From: Vicugna vicugna
Lineage: Eukaryota
Direction of reading: 5' to 3'
DNA: 64,000 nt
Assembly (NCBI GenBank): GCA_013265495.1
Contig: MU061578.1
Location: 1,683,308 to 1,747,307 of the forward strand
Below, in pieces: positions 1 through 11,336 of this stretch (the stretch's first letter is position 1; every line of letters starts with the position of its first letter). The translations under genes and the position numbers were made by a program. Below the pieces are notes generated by a model. The model searched no databases. It saw nothing but the letters and a program-made list of their open reading frames with translations, and was not told the DNA's origin.

Positions 1-1700
1 AAAGCCCCTACCTGTCAGCCTCGTCTGTGGTTTTGGTGCTGTGCACTTTCCCCCGAACTCCTGAAGGTGGTCTGAAGAGAGGAAGGGTGCCAGTCCTGTG
101 CCCGAGGGAGACAGTCCGGCAGCTGAGTGCACGAGGAACTGGTCAGGGGAGAACGAGGGAAGGCAAGGAAGCCCTCTCTGCCTCAGCGTCCTTGTGCTTC
201 ACAGGAGGCAGAAGTGACTGATCCCCAGTGCTGGTGAGGATCACAGCAGACAGAGAATGTCACGTTTCGGCCATGGTGCCTGTCACCTAGCAAACCAGCA
301 ATACCTCCTCATCTCTCCTCTGCTTCCCTCTTTCCTCCCTCTCTCCTTCTTTCTCTCCTTCCTTCTATAGGTAACTGACGCCTGGGCTGGACATGTTCTT
401 CTGTGACTGTACTACAACAGCCTCGCTGTTCTTCCTCGTTATCCTCTGCTCCTCCTCCTCTTCCTCCTGATTATAATCATAGCAACAGTTACAATGATAT
501 CATAATAATCATGATTATGAATAGTATTATCGCTGTTGCTACTGTTGGTAGGAATTTGCAGGACTACAGAGGAAGGGAGAGCCCTGAGCAACTTCAAGGG
601 AAGACAGTTTGTGGTGTCCGATGAGAGGCGGGCCAGACACAGACCCAGGGATGGGGAGGCGCGGCCAGGGATCCACTGAGAAGGCACCCACACACATGTG
701 ACTACCCTTCCCGCTGCTACAGCACATTTGTAAACATCACCGGGACAAAAATAAAAGATGGTCAACTAGATGGCTGCTTTTAAATGGAAAATTCTTTAGT
801 TGAGCTAAATCTGATCTCAGCAGGGGACTAAACCTACTGTTTGAAGGGGTGTGGGATGAATTCGAGTCAGTAAAGGAAAGACAATGGACTGTCCTTCAAC
901 AGCCAACCCTCTATGCTGAGCTCAGGGACCTTAGAGGGGTCAAACTCTGATGACTATGGTAAGATGAGGTAGCAAGAGGGTGCCAACGTGAGTGTCATCC
1001 CCAACATCTTCTTGAGCAAATAGCATCCCCAGAGGATGGAGGGTGTGGCTCTTGCGGAGTGACTGGCTCAGAATCAGGAAGAGCTGCAAATGTGACCTTG
1101 AGGGCTGATTATTTCCAGGTTCATCTAATCACAGTGCGGATCACTCCGGAAGACCAGTAACTACGGGCTGAAAGAACAAGACGGTCTACGCCTCGAGCTG
1201 TTGATTCCCTATAAGAAGAAGGCTCTTCCGCCCTGCAGTCTGAACCATCTGTCCGAGGTAAAAACAGGCACTTTGCAAAGCACGTCGGGTGTGTGTAAGG
1301 GGTCTCCTCCATCTCTCTTCTCCCTGCTTTCCTCTTTCCCGACAGCTTCTGTCTTCCATTCTGGGGTCTCTCTGAGTCCGACTTCCCCCTCGAATGCTGC
1401 TGTTGGGTCGTGTGACCTAGATGAAGCCAACGGGACCATTTCATTCTCTTGCCCTCACTGATCTGTCCCCCTTTGTTCGTGGAAATAAACTTTCAGCCAG
1501 AGTGATGAGACAAACGTGCTCTCTCCCTCCAGGAACATGTCCATGCCTAGATATGAGGCTACTTGGGTTGCTATCTGAGCACAAAGCTGGCACCCAAAGG
1601 AAGTGCAGCTGAAAAAACCACTGCCAACTGCCCCGTCCTGATCCTGCAGCCACTGCCAAGCATTTGCTGTGACAACCACGACGCTAAGTGTCCAGTTGTC

Positions 1701-1885
1701 ATTAACTCATTTAATCCTTCCTAGCCCATCCCTCCCCCCACTTCACATAAAAACTTCTGCTCTCATTAGCTTACAGATAAGATGTCTAAGGTTTAGAGAG
1801 GTTGGCAATCTACCCAAGATTTCACAGTGACAGGTAGATTGGGGAGCTGGGATTTGAAGCCAGCCTCAAATAGGCTGACTCAGAT
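1701..1885 (-). mobile_element. MIR SINE
   Basis: Matches the reverse MIR core (tcatttaatcct...ttacagataag...agagaggtt...cccaagatttcacag...ctgggatttgaagccag). Confidence 0.75.
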
Positions 1886-3203
1886 TCCTGAACACAGCAC
1901 AGTCTTGTCCTATGAATTCTCAGAATGAGCAGGGGACCTGGATAAAAAGAAGAGACTCAGAACACAAGCCCTTTGCTCCTCCCCTGCATACCAAGACCAA
2001 GTTCAGAAGACGGTGTTTAAGTGGCAAAAGACGGATGTACAGACAAGATGCAAGGGTGACTCAGAGTTAACAGTCTCCTCAACCAGATCCTCTCCTACTA
2101 AAGTCAAGACCTGTGAAACACAAAGCAGCGAGGGTCCTCGTGGTTTATGGGCACTAGACCAGAGAGGAAAGATCTCACACATACCCCCAGCCTCCTAGAA
2201 CAGCTCTGGACAGGGACGCATCCGTCTCTCAGGATCAGTCATGGGAATTCATCAGGGTCAGAAGACTAGAACAGAACATCTCACCTAATCTACAGAACAG
2301 CCAGGCTTGGCCCAGGGGACTCCTACCATGAGGCTCTGGCTGGATTCTGAACATCTCCCACGCCAGGGACTGAATGCAATGGATTCCCTATCCTCCCCCA
2401 GGTTTGAACTTGAGCACCTGTGAGTGAAGTTTCTTTTTTTTTTTAATGGTAATGTATGCTTTTGTTGAAGAAATGCATAAGTGAGCACCCCTGTTCTCTG
2501 ATCCCAGTCACGGAAAGTCTTTGGAGAAGACCTGGTCATTGTGAAATGGTGACATCACCCCATGGGCTTCACAAAGTGGGCTCATCCAGAAAGAGTGCAG
2601 CAGACTCTTTGGTTTCCTGTAGAATCAAGGTATTTTTAATAGAAGAAAACTCTGACTTCAAGCCCAGACACCTCTACAAAGAGAAAATTCACTGATGGAG
2701 TCTGAATCATCACCTCTGGACAACAGCTTACCAAAAAAAATTTTTTTTGTAACTGTCACGATGTCCTATGGTGTAAATCACTAATGCTTTCCGCCTGCAA
2801 ATTCCCAACACCGCTGCCTTTAATAAAGCAAAAGGTTTCTTTCTTCACCAGGGAGTCGGTAAATATTAAAATTCCCCCTTTGGTGCTCATTCTAGCCAGG
2901 GCAATTATCTCTGAGGACTATTCACAATGGACTCAATTTGACAATAATTATTCTCAGCAATGCCAGTTGGTAGTTTCCATGGGCTCCTTGCCTTTGCAGG
3001 CATGAAAACTAATTTTGATTCCAAGAGCACATGTTATAAAATTCCCCCATGTCAGTTCAGTGCCTAGGAAGACAGAAGAAAAATGTTCAGGTTTTTTTTT
3101 TCTTTTTGCATAAGATGTTCTCCATCTACCAGGAGGGACATATTTCAGCCACACGATAGACACTCAGAAAAGTGCAAGGTGAACTTTAAAACATTTGCAT
3201 ATG

Positions 3204-3610
3204 GAGCAACATGGATGGATCTGGAGATCGTCATTCTAAGTGAAGTAAGCCAGAAAGAGAAAGAAAAATACCATATGATATCACTTATATGTGGAATCTA
3301 AAAAAAAAAAAAAGAAAAAAATANNNNNNNNNNNNNNNNNNNNNNNNNNNNNNNNNNNNNNNNNNNNNNNNNNNNNNNNNNNNNNNNNNNNNNNNNNNNN
3401 NNNNNNNNNNNNNNNNNNNNNNNNNNNNNNNNNNNNNNNNNNNNNNNNNNNNNNNNNNNNNNNNNNTTCAATATCTTGCAATAACCTATAATGAAAAAGA
3501 ATATGAAAACAAATATATGTATGTATATGTATGACTGAAACATCATGCTGTGCACCAGAAATTGACACAACATTGTAACTGACTATACTTCAACTAAAAA
3601 CAAAAAAACA
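3204..3610 (+). mobile_element. Young 5'-truncated L1 3' end with TSD; contains an assembly gap
   Basis: ORF2 C-terminus (ATWMDLEIVILSEVSQKEKEKYHMISLICGI), then 3' UTR and an A tail. TSD aaaacatttgcatatg (3188-3203) / aaaacacttggatatg (3611-3626), at a TTT|AAAA endonuclease site. Confidence 0.92.
3324..3466. other. Assembly gap (143 N)
   Basis: Run of N directly after an A tract inside the L1. Confidence 0.99.
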
Positions 3611-5559
3611 AAAACACTTGGATATGAGAGAGCAAGGTAGAGTCAGGTGTACTGACCTATCCCTCTCTCCTTCGTGAACCCCTCCATCGCTTGGTACCCC
3701 CAGCACTCCCTTCATCTTTCTCTTTGTCAATCATCTGCAGGCTTTTCCACCAATCCATTGTAACACCAGCAGGAATCCTGGGACTTCCCCTCCACTGCCT
3801 GCTCTTGGATGGAGAATTCATTCTGATGCACTGTCTTCCAGTGATCCCAGCTGCCTTTAACCTAAATGGCACTTCAATAAACACATCCTTCATCTGCATC
3901 TTGCAGCTTGACGTTACGGGGGGTGGGGGAGAAGCCCATGCCAGGGCTCAGGTCGCTCCTTGACTTTTATGCCCGAAAATTGTTATCAGTCAGCCACCAG
4001 TAAGCATTAAAGACAGCACGTCTTGATTTTTGCTTCTTTTCTTTTTATTTAGTTATTTATTTATTTATTTATTTATTTTTGCACACACAAAGCTTTTCAA
4101 GGGTACTGTGCTACTTAACGAATGACAGAAGCCTTCAGCATCCCCGCCAGGAACTGACAATGAATTGTTTTCTTCTTTTTCTTTTTTTTTAATAGGCTGG
4201 GACAATGAAGCAGAGATTTCTCTGCACCCAGATTTGGAGTTTCTCCAACCTTGAAACTTTATTGCCCCACAGAGTATCCAAGTGTGTTTGTGGGAGGGAT
4301 TGAAAGCATTAAAACTCATTTGGTCCTGAATCTCCTGAGGAAGACGCAAGCTTTCATCCCCCGACTCCTGCGTCCGGTGGAACCCAAGAGACTGCGACTT
4401 CTTAGGGAGTCAGTGGACAAATGAATGATAATAGCACACTGTCACCTGTGCATGCTGTCCCTCACCTGGTCCCCTCTGTGACCAAAAGCACACGTTTCTT
4501 AGCAAAGGGCCTCAGCCAGGTCAGCGACTCTGTGTGTTGTCTAGAATAAGAGCAGGCAAGCCTGAGGAAACCGGGGCCAGGCTTCTCTGCCATCACGCAT
4601 GCCCTTCCATGAACAAAAGCAGTTCAGATCTCAAAAACACTTCAACTCCAGGGTACTGAAAAGCCGCCTGCAGATAACGTTTGCAGAATCCAATCACGGA
4701 TCCGGAATGACTGTTGTACGCCAGCCACAGGCCACAAAGGGGCTGATGAAAATACATCTTTATAATGAGAAAGAGAGAAGACATGCATTTCCACTTTCTT
4801 TTTCTCCATTGACTCTTGCCAAGAGCTCAGGAAATAGGGAGTTGAGGGTCAGAAGCTTTCAGGACCAGAGGAAGGCTGCACCCAAGAAGCTGCTCCGAGC
4901 ATGTCCCCGACCCACACGGCCAACCATCCGGGGTTGGCTGCCACCACACCTGCCATCATCCACACTATTTCTCCATCAGGATCAGCCTTTCAGTTTTTTG
5001 CACATTTCCTCCCAATCTGGCCTCTGCTACCTTTTAAATCCATTGGCCCTCCCCCTGAATAAAGTCTCTACCAGACCATGTGATCTTCCTGGAAGATTCT
5101 GTATAAATCTCTCGGAAAATGTAAAAACACAAACATCTCTGTCACTTCTTCGGAATAAAATCAGTCCTTTCTCAAGGTCAGGGGTCAATTAAAAAAAAAA
5201 AACTCATCGAAAAGGATGGTGCCATTTCGAACACCATTAAAGTAAAATGGAAACTCTCCATTTCTTTAGCAATGAGAAACCAGGTCTGAGACCCGAGGCA
5301 TATAAAATTAAAATATTTATGATAAGAACAATAATAAGCATCTTTCTTCTTTTATTTTTCTCCTCCTCCTCCTTCTTCTTAGTAATGATAAATGTTTCTT
5401 TAAATTGAATCTGCAGCCTAAATTGTGCAAAAATTCATTCTCTGACTCTAGAGGAAGAGTGTTGTGATACCAAGATGAATGAATGCAAAGGGTGATAATG
5501 ACCTTGACAAGCTTTAAGATGAAGGGGAGAGAGAGAGAGAGAGGGCTTAGATCAGAGTG

Positions 5560-6500
5560 AAGAAGAAAGAGACTTCAAAGAAATGAGGTCCTTGAGGTAG
5601 GCAGAGGCCAGATGTTATGGGATCCTAAAAACGGCAGCTGTTTTTGTTTTGTTCTGTTTTGGTTTGGCTGGGTTTTGGTTTTGGTTGCTTTTTCTAAGCA
5701 TAAAAGGACACCATTGGAGAATTTTAAGTAGGGGATTAGCTGAATTGATTTATGTGTTTTTGGGGGGTAGATTTCTTTTCTTATTGTGGTTTAAAAAAAC
5801 ATACAAAACATACCACCTGAACCATTTTTGAGTTTACAGCTCAGTTCCATTGAGTATATTTGATTGGTTGTGAAACAGATCTCCAGAACTTTTTTGTCTT
5901 GCAAAATGGAAACTCCATTCCTAGTAAATAAAAACTTCCCTTTTTCTCTTTCCCTAGCCTCTGGTAACCACCATTCCACTTCCTGTTTTTATGAACTTGA
6001 CTACGCTAGATAACTTATACATAAGTGGATCCATGCAGTATTTGCCTTTTGTGATTGGCTTATTTCACTTAGTATGATGTCCTCAAAGTTCATCTCTGAT
6101 GTAGGACGTGGCAGGCTGTCCTTCCTTTTCAAGGCTGAATGATACTCCACTGTATGTGTAGACCGCATTTCATTTATTCATTCATCCACTGATGGGCACT
6201 TGGGTTGCCTCCACCACTTGGCTGCTGCAAATAGGGCTGCTGTGAGCATGCGTGTGTAATGTATTTATGTTTTAAATCATTTTGGCTATTATGTGGATAA
6301 TAGATTGGAGGGGGACAAACATAGATCCTGGGGCGTCCAGGAGGGAGGCTGTTGCTGTTGTAAAGGTGGCTTGAACTAGGGTGTGGCAATGGAAACACAG
6401 AAGTGGACAGACAGATGGTGGACCCTGGAGGTAGGATCTGAATGATGGGTTGATGGTTGAATGGAGAACCCGAAAGAAGGAAAAGACTCAAGCATGAGGC
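5560..6500 (-). mobile_element. L2 LINE fragment interrupted by an L1
   Basis: L2-like text (gaggtaggcagaggccagat...ccattggagaattttaag; tcattttggct...gaggctgttgc...ggtggcttgaactagggtg) on both sides of the 5775-6260 L1. Confidence 0.65.
5775..6260 (-). mobile_element. Old L1 (L1MB-like) 3' end
   Basis: ccctagcctctggtaaccaccattc...tggcttatttcacttagtatgatgtcctcaaagttcatc...gatgggcacttgggttg, typical antisense L1M 3' end. Confidence 0.88.
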
Positions 6501-6819
6501 TTATCAAGCAGTCAGCCCCATGCCTGGCATAAAGCAAACCTTCAGTAAAGATTAGCTGCTTTTAGTTTTATGACCCTAATTCTAATTCCCATCTATCCCT
6601 TAGATGGGTGAACACAGCATGAGAGGCAAGGCTAGACTGCATTATAGGCCCACGGGTGTCACAAGATTATAAGCCACCTACACTGGGCCCTGACCCACTT
6701 TGTTAACAAAGCTGAGACCTTGGTCCGTCCTCTCAGCCTTCTTTCTCAGTGCCTCCGATAATGGAGCCCTCTCCTTGTACTCCTCTAACTCCACCATATT
6801 CATAAGGGGACTGCCTTCT

Positions 6820-7420
6820 CCCATACAGTTTCCCATACCATCAATGCCTTCCCTACAACCATTTAGACCAGAAGATCTGACTCTTCCTTCTAACTCCCTC
6901 TCCTCCTCGACTGGCTGGTCTTATACCACTCCCACCCTTCCATACTCGGCCCTCTCCCACATGGCTTTCCTGCAGTCCCAGGAGAGATGGCTCAACTTTC
7001 CCACCTCAGGGCATTTGCACATGCTGCACCCTACCCCCTCCTGTTGTCTGGAAGTACCAACACCAGGGCCAACAGCTTCCCCATGTCACCCTTGATTTAA
7101 CTTCCATCATCCCTCCCATTGTCAGCTCCACGATCACCCTCCAGGAGAGCATGTCTTCACCTATTCAAGCTTAAGCAGGGTTCCTCTGCTACTTGCTTTC
7201 CTAGAGCCATGTACCTTTTCTTGAGGACACATCTCAGATGGTAATTATAGATGTTTTGTGTGTGTGTGGCTATCAGATTTTCCCCCCATCAAACTTCCTC
7301 TCCTAACCCCACTCCATTGTCTGCTCCAAGGTAACAGATTCCCTGTGAGTTTTTACCAAACACTTAACACTGGTACCAATACTTAGTAGGGTCTTGATAT
7401 ATTTGCAGTAAATGAGCAAG
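6820..7420 (+). mobile_element. L2 LINE 3' fragment
   Basis: ccacctcagggcatttgcacatgctg, ending in an L2-type tail (tagtagggtcttgatatatttgcagtaaatgag). Confidence 0.6.
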
Positions 7421-8698
7421 TCAGTTACCAGAACTATCATCTCCAGGAATTATTTTCCTGATAGGTAAACAAAAGATCCTTCCAGAAAGCCATTTTCACT
7501 AATGATGAAATTTGTGTATTTTTAGATTCTTTTTTTTAAAAACAGAGCTCAACTGAGTTATGCATGTCAGAGTGGGAATGATCGTCTACAAGCTTTATGT
7601 CTCTGCTAGTGACGGTGACATACTGAAAGTGACAACTATATAAAAGAGATTGACAAGCAACAGCTTAAAGGAATACTTCAAATCCATCCACCACGCAAGA
7701 AACTGTAAACTGGGGCAGAATCCCCAAGTCTGGTGAAGAGAAAAACAACCTAAGTGGACTTTGCTTTTCAGATAGAATGTCAGTTTGACGCACTCATCTT
7801 GCTTCTGGAGAATCAAGTTTATAAGCACGCAATTAAGTGCAGGTACATAGGGCTTTCAGAAAACCACTATGGCAGTAGAGGAACTCATCCTTTGGCCTCT
7901 GACAGTTGCCCATCTATCTACCAATCCGAAGTGTCAAATAAAGCTCAGTGTCTCTGAAAAGGGACAGATCCCAGACCTAGTTCTAGCCTGTCCATTATGC
8001 TGAACCCTGTGCATCTTTAATTGAATGCCCTTACATTTCTCATTACAAAGGAACCACACAGCAGTTCTCACTCTGCCGTTACTCCCATAATCTGTGCATC
8101 CATCAGCCAATGGAAGCATGAACTGGTGCCAGCAGAATCAGAAAAGCAAATGTAGTCAGTTCCCAAATGATCTCTGAAACATCCAGGCAGCCATATGTAT
8201 AAGTCTAAACACACAAGTGTGATCACACTACATACACTGCTCTATACCTTTTCTTTTGTCCCACGACTCTACACCTGAGTCTGCGTTAACATCTAAGCTG
8301 AGTGATGTTTATCACCTTTCCATAATGTCACACTTAACCTACCTCATCCTTTAAGTGGCTGCATACTATTACTAGGTACAAGCTGTAACAAGAGATTGTT
8401 ATACAGAGACATAACCCCAGCTCATGTTTGGAGTCAATCTAGAACCAGCAAGGACCGAATAAAACATCAAGAAAAAAGAACGCCTGGTCCATGCCTAAAA
8501 AGGAATCTGATACACATGGTCCGTCCAGGAGCACTTGGCCGTCATAGAGAAGGTACTCTCTAGGCAGGAGTCAGGCAGTAATGGCAAAAAGTTCAAAGAG
8601 GTAAGATAGTTAAAAATGAAAGTGGCCACACGCACAGGCTGCCAGCACAATCATCCACCATCAACGTATTTTCTCTCTCCTCTTCTCACCCCCTCTCA

Positions 8699-8895
8699 TA
8701 ATAGTTAATGTTTATTAAGCATCTCGTATGTGTTAGGTACTGTGCTGTGTTTTTAGACGCACAACCACGTGTGGTCCTTAAAACCACCTTCTAAGATGTG
8801 TTCTACTGCCATTTTACAGATGAGAACACAGAGGCTCAGGGAGATTAGCTTGCTCAAGGTGCTTAGTGTTGGCTTAAGACCTGAGTTTCAAATGA
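8699..8895 (-). mobile_element. MIR SINE
   Basis: tttattaagcatctcgtatgtgttaggtactgtgct...ccattttacagatgagaacacagaggctcagggagatt. Confidence 0.82.
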
Positions 8896-9302
8896 CACCA
8901 CTGCTTTAGAAGCCTCTTCTTAGGTTTGTCTCAGAACTTCACAGGGCTGAGACTACTGGCCTTGAAGGAGGCATGGCGGATGGGACAGGGCTTCTGATGT
9001 CAACTTTCTCTGGGGTCACGACTATCACAGTTCATTTGCATCCCTACAGGTAGACTTGCACAACTTCCCACATTAGAGGCATCTAACGGAGCCATGTGAT
9101 CTGTCCGTATTCTCCCACTGCCTGAGGTCAAGGCCTGAAGGACAGGTAGGTAACGTTTAAGCTTTAATTAGGTAACATTCTGCTCACGAGGGAGTAACCC
9201 AGCCCACCCGCAGGAAACTGGGGAACCAGGCATTGTTCCCTCTGAGCTCTCAAGCAGGCCCTCAAAGTCAAGGACCCACCTCCCCTCAGCTAGAAGGTAA
9301 GC

Positions 9303-10015
9303 TTTTTATCTTCATTTTTAATGGAAGGATAGTTGATTTACAATGTTGTGTTAGTTTCTGGTGTACAGCATACTGATTCAGTTATATATAGTTATTTTCA
9401 TATTCTTTTCAATAGAGGTTATTACAAGATATTGAATATAGTCCCCTGTGCTCTACAGTAGGACCTTGTTGTTAATCTATTTTATAGATAGTAGTGTGTA
9501 TCTGTCAATCCCAAACTCCCAGTTTATCCCTCCCTCCACTCCCCACCCCTGGTAACCATAAGTCTGTTTTCTATGTCTGTGAATCTGTTTGTGTTGTAAA
9601 CAAGTTCATTCGTGTATCTGGAAGAAACTATAATTCAAAAACTTACATGCACCCCGATCTTCACAGCAGCACTATTTACAATAGCCAAGATATGGAAGCA
9701 ACCTAAGTGTCCACTGACAGACGACTGAATAAAGAAGGTGTTTTATATATATATACACATATATATATACATATATATATACACACACACACAATATATA
9801 TATCTATATGTGTATAATACTATATATATAAATATATATACATATACACTACATATATACACACACACACACATACAATGGAATACTGCTCATCCATAAA
9901 AAAGAGTTAAATAATGCCATTTGCAGCAACATAGATGGACCTAGAGATCATCACACTAAAAGCCAGAAACAGAAAGATAAATACCATATATCACTTACAT
10001 GTGGAATATTTTAAA
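9303..10015 (-). mobile_element. Young L1 with 5' inversion (twin-priming structure)
   Basis: 9303-~9618 is the minus-strand 3' UTR plus tail. ~9619-10015 is the directly upstream L1 segment in + orientation and contains a (TA)/(CA) microsatellite. Confidence 0.85.
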
Positions 10016-10034
10016 ATGGCAAACAGAACATCAA

Positions 10035-10147
10035 CTTGACTAGATGTTCTAGTAGACCAGGAACCTCATCTCTCTCACTTACCACTCTCTCTTTAGCACC
10101 TACCAGGATCTCCATCAAGTATTTAGTGAATCAATGAGTGAGTGAAT
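10035..10147 (+). mobile_element. L2 3' tail
   Basis: Ends in agtatttagtgaatcaatgagtgagtgaat. Confidence 0.55.
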
Positions 10148-10985
10148 CCAGAACAGAAGGCAAGTCCCGAGAGGGCCGTGAGGATCAAGAAGTACTCAGA
10201 CTGTCAGTAAAGAGCCTCGAGGAAGAACCACTTGATTTTAGCAGGTTAGAAAAGCATATGAAAAGGGGTACCTGACAGCCGGCATGGTACCCAGTGCCTA
10301 TAAAGTGAATGTTTGTCCACAATTAAGATCAGAGACTTTGATCAACGGGGCTCTTGTCCGTAAGAGCCTTTAACTGGCAAGATGCAAAGAGACATCAGAA
10401 TGGCCTCTCAACTTGGTCAAGCTAGAGGAGGCAGGGTCAGACTCAAAAGCAGGGCGTACGGCAATGTGGCCACTCCCAGGATTGCACCCCACCCTGCTGG
10501 GGCAGCCCTAGGGGAAAGGGGCTCAACCAGGAAAGGCGGGGAGAAGAGACAGGGACCTTGCGGGAGGAGCTCCACCCACCCCCAAGTGAACAAGGGCTGT
10601 CAGAGGCCCCTGCGTGAACAGAACCATTCCCCATGGGCTGAGAGAAGAGCATGATCTCACTGGACAAAGGCAACTTTAAAACACAGCGATTCACCTGCGG
10701 CACACATATCAAAATTGATTTCACAATCATTCCAGGGAAGGAGATTGATGCCCTCACACGTGGTCAAGTGATCAAATCTTGACATCAGCCTTGAAATCTT
10801 CCAAGACCCTTACAGACCTGTGTTCAGCGCCTCCTCCCTGTGCCCCTGCAGCCTCGGTTACATTGCCCACACGGTGACTGCCTCTAACCTTGCTTTTTTT
10901 CCATGGTTAGTCTCCTCGTGGGAAGGGACCCTATTGATTTCACAAGCACATGGAATACACATAGTAGGTACTTGGTTATATTTCT

Positions 10986-11064
10986 TTTTTTATTGAAGTA
11001 TAGTCAGTTTGCAATGTTTTGTTAATTTCTGGTGTACAGCCTAGTGATTCAGTTTTATACATAC

Positions 11065-11098
<34 letters not shown>

Positions 11099-11336
11099 TT
11101 CTTTTCTTATTCTTTTTCACTATAGACTATTACAAGTTATTGAATACTTCCCCGTGCTACACAGGAAGACCTTGCTGTGTATCTATTTTATATATAGTAG
11201 TTAGTATCTGCACATCCCAGGCTCCCAATTTATCCCTCCACGTCCTCCTTTTCCTCCCTGGTAACCATAAGGTTGTTTTCTATGTCTGTGAGTCTGTTTC
11301 TGTTTTGTAAATAAGTTCATTTGTTTCACTTTTAAA
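10986..11336 (-). mobile_element. Young L1 3' UTR with 10-bp TSD, inserted in an L2 tail
   Basis: tattgaagtatagtcagtttgcaatg...ataagttcatttg. TSD ttatatttct at 10976-10985 and 11337-11346. Confidence 0.9.

Noticed and set aside
306..375. Polypyrimidine tract ending in TAG, acceptor-like on the + strand
   Set aside because: No credible exon or donor follows; it reads as CT-rich low complexity.
4599..5192. 197-aa ORF
   Set aside because: No recognisable domain or splice context; likely a chance ORF.
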